The notes under the pieces: model-generated
Told to the model about the DNA's origin: nothing
Seen by the model: only the letters and a program-made list of their open reading frames with translations
The model's database searches: none
Shown: piece by piece, positions 12,559 through 24,237 of the stretch
How positions within the stretch are numbered: position 1 is the first letter of the stretch
Layout: each line of letters begins with the position of its first letter
Program-made: the position numbers and the translations under genes
Source of the DNA: Lama glama
Lineage: Eukaryota
Length of the DNA: 64,000 nucleotides
NCBI GenBank assembly: GCA_028534125.1
Contig: CM052850.1
Coordinates: 26,226,001-26,290,000 of the forward strand
Direction of reading: 5' to 3'

Positions 12559-13789
12559 GCAGGGAAGGGCATTCCAGGCAGAGAGCGTTCCAGAGAAGAC
12601 CATGCAGCTGGGGCAGCTGAAGGCGGAGGAGGAGGCTGGAGGATGGAGGGTGAGGCGCTCGGTGACAGCACTGACCTCTGAACCCCGGCCTGCCTTCAGC
12701 CCTCCTCACGGGACTGGGTCCTCCCTGGACCTTACCCAGTGCCCTCTAACACCCCAGCTGTCTCTGCCTGGACTCCTCTGGGGATGGGACACTCACTGTC
12801 TCGCTGGCCATGCTTCAGCTGAAATCTGCCACCTGGGCCCCACTGTCCCTCTCCTGTGACACTGAACAGGCCTGACTCAGTTTCTCCCTGGAGTGGTCAG
12901 ATGACATTGCCCCCAAGGCCCCTCTGCTTCAGGCACCGCTGTCAGTGTCCCAGCCCCCACCTCATTTGTGGGGGCCCAGCGCCCAGAGCACACAGTCAGC
13001 ACCTCAGAAACCCGAGTGCAGTGAATGCTCCCCTAAATGGCGCCGCTGCCTCCCGGCCATGCCGCAGGGCTCCCACCACGCTGTGGGTGCCAGAGCGATC
13101 CCGTCCTCTGCCACGATGGGGCTGGGCAGTCCGGGTCCCCACCCTCGGCCCCTGCCCTCCCCCCAGCAGGAGGGCAGCGCAGCCAAGCCCTGTGCATTCG
13201 CCCTCAGACAGAGCAGCTCTCTTATGTCAGCTCTAAAAGCTTTACTTCCTACTGCTCTTTGTGCAGTTTAGAGCTGCCTGGACCCTAGCGGACTCTCAGA
13301 GTTTCTCGTGCACTCGCAGGAAGCCTGCACGGCGGAGCAGCGCTGCCAGTGGCCTGCCCTGGATTCCAGGCCCCTGGCCCCCAAGGCTGTCCCCAGCCCA
13401 GCCTACCCGGCCACTTCCATCGTGGTGGTGTCTGGCGGTAAGGCCCAGCATGTGACCCCCGGAGGAGCCTGGGGAGCAGGATGTCTCCCGTGTGCCTGTG
13501 CCCACCCCACGAGGCCAGGTACCTTAGAGAAGATGGGCCACGAGCTCCTAAAAGCCAGAGGGCCCAGAACCGGGACCCTGTGCCCAGGCGAGCCCTTATC
13601 CCAACTCACTAGCCAAATGCTCATTGCTTTCCCTCCTCCAGTTGAAGCCTCCAAGTGAGAAGTACCCTCTTCGGGGGGCTGGAGCTGTGTGTCAGAGGTC
13701 CACCCAGACCATCTGCTCCAGGCACCTGCACCTGACAAACACCGCGGGTGTCATTGCAAGCATAGCAGCACACCTCCTGGCCTCAGACC

Positions 13790-13896
13790 CCTTCCACGGC
13801 TGACACCCTCCGTCCACACACAACGCCTTCCACGGCTGACACCCGCCATCCACACACAACGCCTTCCACGGCTGACACTCGCCGTCCACACACAAC
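13790..13896. repeat. Minisatellite, 36-bp unit x3
   Basis: CCTTCCACGGCTGACACCC(T/G)CC(G/A)TCCACACACAACG-type unit at 13790, 13826 and 13862, head-to-tail with no spacers. Confidence 0.95.
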
Positions 13897-15031
13897 AGCA
13901 TCTGGCAGCTCTCACGCACCCCCACCTGCCTCCCCACTCCCTCCCCGGCTTTTGAGAGCTGCTCCTTGACCCCTTCAGGGAGCAGAAGGACAGAGCTTGA
14001 CACCCGGGGAAACTGAGGCCCAGATGAGGAGGGGCTGGCCCCAGGTCACAGCAGCAAGCGACAGAACCGGGCTGCCGATTCCAGGACAGTAGGGTGAGGG
14101 GGCTACCCCAGGAAAGGAGGGGGCGGCTGTGTAGTGCCCAGCTGGAGGTGGACAGGACCAGAGCCACTGGCTAGCCCGAAGGCAGGATGACCACGTCCCA
14201 GGGCCCGTGACTGGCCCCTCCCTGAAGACATTTTTGAATCACCCACACTTGGGAGAAGCCAAAGCCAACAGCATGTTTGCTTTGGTGTGGAAAGGTGGCC
14301 TTCTAGTCTTGGACGTGCTGAGGTGCCTGACGGAGCCCGCGTAGGGGGCTGGCCCGCGGGTCCCTGGACGGGGCAGGTGGGGACCTGCTCAGGAGAGGAA
14401 GTCCCTCTGCAGACAAGGCAGAGCTGTCTGGGGTTGGGGTGATGGGCACGCTTGCACCCTGGACGTGACTGTCCCAGTGAGACTGGGACTGTGTGTTCCC
14501 GGCCTGGGGCCACGTGGCCATGGGCTGGGGAGCCGGGCCACCTGCCTGTAGCTATGCTGGCCCCTTGAGTCCTGGGAGAGCCAGGCAGGTGACCTTGCAG
14601 CTGGGGTCGGGGGTGTCAGGGAGGGCGGCAGCCACCTGCACTCCAGAGTCATCAGCCCACGGGAGGCCCTCCCTGTGTGACCGCATCTCCCTGGCCCTGG
14701 CTCCAGAGGGTGGGGGCCCTGGCAGGGATGGCCGCTTCTTGGTGGGGGCTGGGGCAGGGTGGGGTCCTGGACCATCGTCACTCACTCCCAGGGCCCTGGA
14801 CCAGGCCCTCTCCTTCTGGCCTCAGTTTCCTCATCCAACCTGCAAGTCTCAAGGATCCCACATCCGGCTGCACACCCTCTCCCTGGCCGACTCGTGGGAC
14901 CCTGCTCCCTGAGATCAGAGCCCACCCCTCTTAGATGGCCCCGGGCAGCCCCCGCCTCCAGCACTTGCTCTGGGTGGGGCCCGCAGCTGGCCCTGGCACC
15001 TGCCGGGTCCACCCCCTGCCACCTGCCCCAG

Positions 15032-15074
15032 CTGTGCGGACGGTGTCCTGTCGGAGGACGAGTCGATGTTTGAG
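15032..15074 (+). other. Candidate 43-nt exon (CADGVLSEDESMFE) or AP-1 element
   Basis: ccccctgccacctgccccag| acceptor and GAG|GTGAGT donor; CpG-dense; acidic, protein-like peptide. The donor overlaps TGAGTCA (15076-15082). Confidence 0.25.
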
Positions 15075-17899
15075 GTGAGTCATCAGAGCCGGGCAGGCAG
15101 TTGCACAAAGACGTCACAGTCTGGCCGCCTGCTCCCCCTGCCCCCATCCCCTTACCTGGGCCGCCCTTCCTGGGACCTCGGGGCGCTGAGCAGCTGGCGG
15201 ACGCCGGGAGCCCGCTCTCCAGCACGGGAGATGCCTGGGACATGGAGGTAGAGGTGCAGCAGGGGGACCAGTCCTGATGCTGCTGTGGGGTGGGCGGCCC
15301 TGAGTGCCTTTCCCAATCTCGACCTCGTGGGGCAGAAAGGGAGAGAGGAGGGGCCTCTGCCAGCCCGGGGTTCCTCGTAGCCAGAGGCCTCTGTCACCCC
15401 GACAGCCCCCTGGACCTCCGAGCAGCCTGCCCGCCAGCCTGGGGAAGGGGCGGGCGGCCGCAGGGGCTCATGTGATGTGATGGGGGGCGGGCTGGGGGAG
15501 GCGCCACTGGGGAAGGTCTGCAGCGGCCTGTGGGGCAGCCAGCTGTGTCGCTGTGATAGGGGCTGGCCGGGAAGCGGGCCTGCAGCTGCGCCCCTGCTTC
15601 CCCAACAGGAACCATCTGGGCCCGGCCCTGCCCGGCCTTCCTCACAGCCACTCCGTCTGACTTTCCAACAGCTTCCTCCTACCGTCCGGCCAGTGACACC
15701 CCACCCACCCTGAGCCCCGCTGGCCTGGCTGCTGGGTGTGTCTCCTTGACCCGGGTGGGGCCGGGACACAGGCCAGCAGCTGGGGGACCACGTTCATCCT
15801 GGCCAAGCCTTTCACCCCTGCCCCGCCCAGACCTGGTCCTGCCTTCAGCCTGGGGTGGTCTGGGGGTCTCGTCCCCTCCTGCCCTCAGCCAGACTTCCTC
15901 AGAGCCCCCGTTCCAGGGCCAGTGGTTCATGGGCATCAGCTGTGAGTGACCCTGACCTGGACCCCTGGGTGAGCCCTGGTCCTGGCCTGGTCCTGCGCTC
16001 TGAGCTGCCTTCGTCCACTCAGGGCGTTCCCCCTGCGGCCTGGTCCTCACCCGCTGGGCTGGGCCAGAGACCTCCTCTCTGAGCTTGGCTTCTTAGCTGG
16101 GGGCTCCTTGGAGACCCTTACCCCACTTCCTGACGGATTCCTTGGGGAGCAGTGCTGATATGGGCTCACGAGTAGAATTTGGGCTGTTCTCCAGTCTGAG
16201 GAGTCCCAGGCACCACTCAGAGTCCTCAGGCACCACTCAGATCAGAGGCCTAGACGGGGCCTAGAACCCCCTCCCCACTGGGCCTCCAGCAAAGAGGAGG
16301 TGAGACCCTTCACAGGCACTCAGACAGCCACATAGTGAGGGTGGTGACCACCAGGGGAAGGCCCCTCGAAGGAGGCGGTGCGCCCCTCACCCTCCTCAGT
16401 CCCTGGGGACCCGACCTCGGCTGTAGGCTCAGGGCCTCGGACAGGCCAGAGGTGAGCGGCCCACAGACAGCAGACTGATGCTCGGGCTTCTGTGCTGTGT
16501 TGATAGAACTGAAGTGGAGTTTTAGGTAATTCCTCCCCGTGGCGGGCCGTTCAAGCGGTGCAGAAGGTAAGAACCCCAACCCGCGCCTCCTGGTGTCTTT
16601 CCCCAGAGGCCACCCGTCACAGTAGACGGGCGTCCTTCTAGAATCAGTGCAGGGACAGACCCTGCTCGTTCCTGGAAGGGGTTGCCACGCGCATGGCCTC
16701 CCCGCAGGCAGGTGTGGAGGAGGGTCCCGGGAGCCAGTCCCTGGGCGTCACCGCTGTCCTCAGGGCCCCTCCTTGTTTCCCACGCTCTGACTCAGGGTGG
16801 GATTCAGGGTCAATTTCTCAGCACGCCGGATGCAGTGATCACAGAGGTCCCAGCTCCCAGACTGCTTTGGGAGGGAGCCCCTGCAGGGGAATGCTGAGCG
16901 CGGCCGGCCACGCGGTCCACGTGCAGGGATGCAGCTGTGACTCCCACCGCTGGCAGGACGCTCACGACGGCCTTGTTTTCCAGGCTGCAAGCGGCAGCCT
17001 CTCGGAGCCAGGAAGCCAGAGGGCTGGGGGAGGCCCGGCCCCTCCTCCGTGAAGGCAGCCCAGCGCAGCGGGGGCAGATGTTTGGGGTGGCTTGCACCTG
17101 TGGGGAGCGCCCCAGATGGGGCACTTCCGCTGTCATGAGGAGGCCTCTCGTCCTGCTCGGCTTTCTGATCAGCGGGGCCGACAGAGGTTGGGTTGGAAGT
17201 TGCCCGTGAGACGGGTGTGGGGGCTGCCCGGCCCGTGGTGGCCTCCTTGGGGGTGATGGCTGCTGCCTGCCCCCCCCAGACCGGGCAGTTGGTGTAGGGG
17301 AGGAAGCAGACGTTGGCTGTGGCTTTCGGAGCCGGGCGGCCCCAAGATAAGGGGCTGAGGAGGAAGTGGCTGCAGCGAGGGGGGGGTGGGAGGGTGGTGG
17401 GAGGGGGGCGCCCCCACCCCTCCCGGCCTCAGTGCTGCTCCCTCCAGTGACTGCTGTGTCCAGCACACACCACGGGGGCGGGTCTTCCCTCCCCCACCCC
17501 TCCTTCCCTCCTTCCTACGAGCACAGCACGTTGAGGGCCTTCACGGGGGAACAAGGACAGCCCGCTCCTGCTCTGGGAACCCATGGGAGACAGACATTCA
17601 ACCAAGAGGCCCCAGTGGACGTGGCCTGTGGGGCGGTCAGGGAGGTGGTGTGAGACCGTGTCGGGGCTGGGTGCAGAGCGGCCCCTGGGGAGGTGAAGGG
17701 GTGCGCTCCAGGCAGAAGCGCCTTGAGGTGGTCACACCTCCAGGCTTTTGATTCTGAGGATGGCCAGAGAGCTGGAGGGAGGCCAGCAAAGGACAGTGGG
17801 GAGGTGGCACTGGGTGGAGGTGGGCAGGGAAGCCCATCAGGTTGGGTGTCTGATTTCTGTCTCCTCTCCTATCATGTAGGGGCCCCAGGACTGCTGGGT

Positions 17900-18115
17900 G
17901 AACGGATGGACGGGAGGGTGGGTGGATGGTGGATGGATGGGTAGGTGAGTGAGTGGATAAGAGGTTGGAGGGATGTGTGGAGGAATGGGTGGGTGAGTGG
18001 GTGGATGGGTGAGTGGATGGATGGCTGGGTGGATGGATGGGTAGACGGATGGGTGAAGGATGGATGGGAGGGGGGTGGAAGGGAGGGAAGGTGGGTGGAC
18101 GGGTGATGGACGGCT
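17900..18115. repeat. Degenerate (GGAT/GGGT)n simple repeat
   Basis: ggatggatgggtaggtgagtgagtgga...ggtggatggatgggtag runs. Confidence 0.85.
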
Positions 18116-18832
18116 AGATTAGTGGAAACAAGATCCTATGCAAATCTCATGCCAGCCTGCTGTAGAGAGGAGGGACCAGGGCTCACAGGGTGACATCCCC
18201 AGGCACAAAGCTCCCCAGAGAGGGACATAAGTTGCAAGGAAGCCCCAGAGGAAGCCGGGTGGGGAGATGTGGGCTACCTGTGAGCTCAGACAAACCGGCG
18301 CCCCCTCACCCAGCGCCAGGTAGGTGGCTGACCTCTGCCTCTGGGTCAAGAATGAAGTGTGGCCAGGTGGTGTGGTTGACAAGGGTGGGCTCGCTCAGGG
18401 CAGACAGGCGAGGAGGCCCAGGCTGGACACCTGCCCGCAATCCCCAGTCAGGGTGCAGCTGAGCGAACCCAGGGCCACAGGGAAGGTGCCATGAGCATGC
18501 TAGGCTGACATGACGAAACTCCGCACACGCGAGGCAGGGCTCCGTGGGTCCCAGCGCAGGGGGCACGCTTCCTGGCAGGAGGAGGGAAGCTCTGCTTTGG
18601 GGTCCAGAGGCTGGAGCCCATCCCGGGAACACCCTAGGAGAACGCTGAACCGGCCTCACGTGATCTCAACACCCCGGTGCTGTGGAAACCTCGAGCATCT
18701 GGTGAAACCCATGAGCCTCTTGGCAGAACACAAATGTGCTCAGGGAATCACAAAGCAACCCGCTGTGTCCAGAAACAGCGGCCAACGGGCTGAGACCAGC
18801 CTGCTGTTCTTGCTACCTGTGCTTCTGTCCAG

Positions 18833-19018
18833 CCGTGCTTTCGTCGTGATGAGTGTGAGCTGCATTCTCAGGCGTCACAGCAACTGAAATACGGAGCAAA
18901 CACCAGATTGGACCCTGTGGGATTCCCAGTGTCCAGAGCTGTTGGCCTGCATGTGTGGCCAGTGAAGACGACCCTGCTGGCCCGAGGTCATGGACGTGGC
19001 TGACACGTGATGCTCACG
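18833..19018 (+). other. Candidate 186-nt non-coding exon (unverified)
   Basis: Long pyrimidine tract ...ttcttgctacctgtgcttctgtccag| ends at 18832; ACG|GTAAGA donor at 19019; stop codons in all three frames. Confidence 0.25.
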
Positions 19019-19214
19019 GTAAGAGGAGATGCGAAATTTGGTTGGAGGTGGTACAGGTAGGTGTGCCCTTTTCCTCATGCAGGTTCACAGACCCCCTGCA
19101 CAAGGAGCCACTGATCTAGCTCATCCTGAAGACCCCTCCCATCCGCTGCCTGGTCCGGGGCCCCCACTGTGCTGGGGGTTCCAGGGTCACATCGCCATGT
19201 TCTCTGTCTTTGCT

Positions 19215-19290
19215 GGGTGCTCTTGGGCGAGTGTCTTAACCTCTCTGGGACTCAGTTTCCTCAACTGGAAAATAGCCCTGAGAGGACTAC
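19215..19290 (+). mobile_element. MIR SINE core
   Basis: tcttgggcgagtgtcttaacctctctgggactcagtttcctcaactggaaaat. Confidence 0.7.
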
Positions 19291-20449
19291 CTTTGGAGAC
19301 CCGGCATGCTAAGGGATGCTCCAGGCCCGGCTGCCCCGGGCAGGCGTCGGGAGACAGAGGCATGGTGCAGAGTGTCCCCTGGGGTCGGGGACCGGGATGG
19401 CCTGTGCCCGGAGGGGCTTCCCAGGCCAGAGGTGGGTGCAGAATGGGGGAGCCGTGCCCACTTCTCTCACTCTGACCACCACTCACTCCATGAGCAGGAT
19501 GGCTTCGGGGCTGAGCCTGGTCAGAGCAGACTCTGAGGACGGAAGTAAGACTGCTGACAGTGAGGGCGATGGCAGCCAAGTCCCCTGCGCTCGGCTGACA
19601 TGTCTCGTCAGTCTGCTCAGTACCTGAAGCTAAGACCCCATCCCTGTCCCTGTCGCTGTCACCGTCACCAAGAGGGTGAGCTGCCCGCCCACATCCCCAG
19701 CTGGTGCACGGGGCTGGGGCTGGGGGCTGGGCAGAGTGCACATCAGACCCGGAGCGTGGCTGGGGGGCTAGAGTGGAGGGTGCCTCCCACCCAACCCTTG
19801 GTCCCTCTGCTCCTCACCAGCCCCCACCCCTCGGGGCATCGAGCCCCGGGAGTCTGTCTACTCCAGGGAACAGGAGACCAGGTGTCAGAAGGGACGCTGA
19901 GAGAGTGTCACCTCTGCGTGACCCGGACGCTCCTGGGGACCCGCCCGCCTGCCTGCAGTGCTCATCCTCCGGATCCTGGGGAGCTGCCCCCCTCCCGCCC
20001 GGCTCCCTTGAGCAGCCATGCTGCAAAGGGGAAAGAACCCCTCCCTGAGGCCACTTTCCCTTTGAGGAGCCCCCGGTGGGGGCTGGGCGGGAGCCGCCTT
20101 TGCGGCAGGGCCCTGTCCGGTCCTGCTTTCTCTCTGACTCTGGCTGAGCCGCCTGCCTGCAGAGACACCCGCGTCTGTCATCTCTGCAACAGGCTGCCAC
20201 TGCGTCTCCTCTGCGTTTCCTCTGACTCCCGGGGCCGTGGGCTTAGTCGACCTGGTGGTGCGTTTGGTCCAGAAAGAGGAGGAAGGGGAAAGCCCTCTGC
20301 TGGGCACAGGCGTCACTTATTCCTCTTTGACCCTCTTCCTCCCCCGCATCCTGCTTCGGGGGTGGCACCAGCTTAAGGAGGGGCTAGAGGTTTATCTGCT
20401 AATGTTGTTCAGTGCCTGTCCCTGCATTAGGTCAGCTCTGTGGGGCAGG

Positions 20450-21095
20450 ATTTATCTTTTTCTTCTAAATAGATTAAATTTTTTAGAGTAGTGCTAGCTT
20501 CACAGAAAACTCAAGTGGACAGCACAGGGCTTTCCCACACACCTGCTCCCTCACACGTTCGGCCTCCCCCGTCACTGCGCCCCCACCAAGGGTGCGTTTG
20601 TGGCAACCGACGGACCTGGCCGTCATCCCCAGAGTCCACAGTCCACACCGTGGTCACTCTTAGTGTAGCGTGTACTGTGGGTTTGGACAAATGTGTGGTG
20701 TGTGATATGTGCACCCACTGTGCAGGCTCACACGAGGGTGCACGGCCCTAAACGTCCCCCGAGCTCCCCCGGTGCCCCCCCGCCCCCCGCCCCGGCCACC
20801 ACTGAGCTGTTTACTGTCTCCATAGTTCGTCTTTCCCAGACTGTCACAGGGTTGGAATCACACTGCCGTTTCAGATTGCCTTCTTGCGCTTAGTAACGTG
20901 CGTTTCAGGGTCCTTCTCGTCTTTTCACGGCTTGGCAGCTCTTTTTTTTTCAGTGCTGAATAACGTCCCAGCGTCTGAATGTCCCACGGTTTACGTGCCC
21001 ACTCACCTTGAAGGACGTCTTGGCCGTTCCGGGTTTCGGCGGCTGTGAGTGAAGCAGCAGGAGCGGCCCCCGTGCAGGTCCGTGTGCCTGCGTCC
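20450..21095 (-). mobile_element. L1MC-like 3' end fragment
   Basis: ttttttagagtagtgctagcttcacagaaaact, tgtgggtttggacaaatgtg, tgtttactgtctccatagtt...gttggaatcacac...ttcagtgctgaataa...cactcaccttgaaggacgtcttgg. Confidence 0.85.
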
Positions 21096-21109
21096 CAGAG
21101 CCCCTGAGC

Positions 21110-21350
21110 GCCCACGTCTCTTCTTATACAGACCCGGGTCAGACGGGGTCAGGGCCGCCCTCCCAGCCTCATCTTCAAATGCAGTCGCGCCCTGAGGTGC
21201 TGAGGGCCAGGGCTCCAGCACGGGCTACGTGGCGACCACGCAGCCTTGAGGGGGGGTGCAGCCTGCGGACACTGGGTTCTGGGCTCGTGGCCTCCGGAAC
21301 TCCGAGAGGATGTGTTTCTCTTGCTGTAAGTCCCCAGACGGTGGTGGCCT
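21110..21350. mobile_element. Two adjacent MLT1 LTR fragments in opposite orientation
   Basis: tctcttcttatacagaccc...cttcaaatgcagtcgcgccctgaggtgctgagggccagggctcc (minus-type), then tggcctccggaactccgagaggatgtgtttctcttgctgtaagtcccc (plus-type). Confidence 0.55.
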
Positions 21351-22944
21351 GTTGCGCACTCATTTCCATTTTACAGATGGGAAGCCAGAGGCCGGTGGCC
21401 TGAGTGACCTCCCCACTGCGCACGGAGGGCCAGCAGGAGCCCCCACTCCAATGCCATGCCCCGCACAGTAGCTCACTGAGTGCCTACTGTAAGCTGGGCC
21501 CCACTCTCCGTGCTGAGGGGCTGATACAGACCCCTCCGGGTCTGACATTACCACGAGGGGAGGGCGGCAAGACAAGAAGCAACACAAGCGTGAGGTCGTT
21601 ACAGAGTGAGGGGTGGGAGGGAAGCAGCCCCGGCAGGGCGTGGGGCTGCAGGTCGGGGGCGTCCCTCGGAGGGGGCGCAGAGAAGGCTGCGAGCCGCCCA
21701 GGGTGTGCCTCACCCACCTGTCTGCAGGGAGCGCTCGCAAGCAGCGCCTGCTGCACGTGCAAAGGCCTGGAGGCTGGAGCGCCAGGCAGGTTGGCCTCTG
21801 GGCCCCTGGTATTTCAGAACCCAGAGGCCAGGGTCCCACCTGCGTCCCCTCCTGTGCCCGGTGCTCCTTCCTCTGGCCTCTGGTGAAACTGTCACCAGCT
21901 TTCCTGGAAGGTGGGGCCCTCCCTGAGCAGGCATAACTGCCTCCCAGGTTGGGGGACAGACTCCCAGGCTGGCTTGAGGCAAAAAAATGGCACATTGGGA
22001 CGTATTTGGATGTAAATATTTTCAGCTGTGAGAGGAGCTGGGAGACGAGGTCTTGTTCCTGGGCGTCTCTGCGGAAGCCAGGAAGCCGGGCCATCTGTCT
22101 CCTCTCCGGCAGCCCCCCTCCTCACTGGCAAGGGGGAAGAGTGCACGGGACAGACACTCTCCGCCTGGCCCCTGGGGCTTCTGGAGCCTGAGGCCCTTCC
22201 TCTCGTGGCCGCCAGGTCACCACCAGAGCCTCGCTTTCCCCACCTGGCAAGTGGGGGGCCGTGGGGCAGCCTGGTGACTTCTGCTCACTCATGGCTCTGC
22301 CCCGGGCCGGGGAAGAACCAGGTGGTTGCCTGTGGCCCTGCAGGTAAACCAGATGTCCTGTCTTGATGTGTTTTCTCTAGGGAGGAGGAGGGCTCAGCTG
22401 CCTCCTCTGGCTGCAGGAGGACCCTAGGATTTCACTCCTCCCCCCACCAGACCGAGTCTCCTCCCAGCAGAGCCCGAGAGACGGGAGTGGCATCAGGTCT
22501 CAGACTGGACGGGGTCGGGGGAAGCCCACACTCCCAACCCTTCCCTGGGGTCTCCCCATTTCCCACTCAGGACCCATCAGGCTGCCTCCATGCTCATCTC
22601 CAGCTGTGGCTCTGGCAGTCTTTATGGAATCCCTGTCCCCCAGAACCCCTCACCATGTGCTAGTTGTAAGGTCGTGGGTGAGTTGAGCTAGCAATGTCCC
22701 TGGAGATGGCTCAGTGCAGCAACTTCAGACTGGGCTGCCGTGGAGGGGCGCTGGGTCCTGTCCAGTTTCAACTGAGGAAACAGGCCCCGCAGGGGTGGTT
22801 TCAGGACTGGCCCCAGGTCACCAGGCAGGGAGTGGCAGAGCCATCCTGGTCTCCTCTTCACATTCTCTCCCCATCACTGGCCTCCAGGCAGGGCTGGAGT
22901 GGACCAGGTTGAGCCCAGGGGTTCACAGGTACTAAATTTTGCAT

Positions 22945-23315
22945 TTCCACTGGGATGCTTTCAGCTGCAGGTAATAGGCTGTCTAGCCAACAGTGGCTTA
23001 TCAAACACACACATGAATTCTCTGGGAACCTGGGGAAGGTGGTGCCGGACTAGGTGCAGTGAGTCAGTGATGCCATCAGGGACCCTGGCTCCTTCCATCT
23101 TTATACTCTGCCATCCCAAGGGCTGGCTTGTTGCCTCATGGCTCCAAAACGGCTGCTGTGGCTCTAACTATCGTGACTTCTGACCACTGCATTTAAAGAA
23201 GGACAAAAAGGAGCCAGGGAGAAAAATCTTTCCCAGAAACTTTCAGGCAGTTCTCTGCTTCCAGCTTATTGCCTAAACTGTAGCTGTGTCAAGCTGCGAG
23301 GGAGGCTGGGAACAT
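22945..23315 (-). mobile_element. MLT1 (K/L-like) LTR
   Basis: gggatgctttcagctgcaggtaatag...cagtggcttatcaaac...tgccatcagggaccctggctccttccatctt...catggctccaaaacggctgctgtggctc...gctgcgagggaggctgggaa. Confidence 0.75.
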
Positions 23316-24207
23316 CCCGTGAAGCCCCTTTGGGAGGGGATAAGATGGCCATGTGCACTTGGGAGGGAAGGGAAGGGGACCAGGGCTCAAAGGAGGCAGG
23401 AGTGGCAGGACCAGAGGAGAGGAGAGGCTTCCCTGAGGTGGGGCAGGGTGGATTTAGGAGGGAAGGGTGGAGGCCTGGGTTCAGGTGGCACTCAGCTCCA
23501 GTACCGTAGGGAGCTGAGGGTGTGTCAAGGGGGTGACACCAGCCCCTGCCTCAGTGATAGCGCCCTGGGCCCTGCTGGGCCCTGGGGCTCCAGGCCGGAC
23601 CCTTCACAGCTGGCCTGGGCGTGGACAACACATCCTGGAAGGGCGGTGATGGGCTGGGGGCCTGTCCTCGCGAGGGGCTCCGGGCAGCTCTCTGGGACTC
23701 AGATGAAGTGAGTTGTTCCTTACTCCCGGGGGCTGGGGAGCAAACTCACACCTACAGAGTGAAGGTGCTTTCTGGTTCTGGTTACATGCCCTGCCTGGCC
23801 GAACCCAACCCTGCTGCTGCTGATCAGGGACACGCTGGGGCACCTGCTGTCCCCTTAGTACAACGGGGACCCTCAGGGATGCCTTCCTCCTTTGCCTGCC
23901 ACCTACCAAGGGCTTAAAAGAGGCTAGCTTCAAAATTTGTCCTGAAAATCTCGATTTTGCTTTTAGAATGGAGATTCCCTGCTTCTTTTAGCTGCTACTT
24001 CAGGCACCAAATGTTGATACCTACGCTTATGGAGGGCAGGTGTGTGTCTCCTCATGGCCACGTCCCTCCCACGGCCGGGCTCCCGGAGCCATGCTGGCCG
24101 CCTGGGAGGTGATCAATCAGAACTCGCCGAGGGGGCGAAGGGAGCCCTGTGTGAATTGTAGCCTCCCCGACAAGGCCCGGGAGGCCGGTGCTCTGGGTCT
24201 GGCTACA

Positions 24208-24237
24208 CATGTGTGTGTGTGTGTCTGTGTGTGTGTC
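24208..24237. repeat. (TG)n microsatellite, interrupted
   Basis: catgtgtgtgtgtgtgtctgtgtgtgtgtc. Confidence 0.9.

Noticed and set aside
13790-13896. 36-bp repeats of CRISPR-like length
   Set aside because: Units are head-to-tail with no unique spacers, there are no cas genes, and the context is mammalian; this is a minisatellite.
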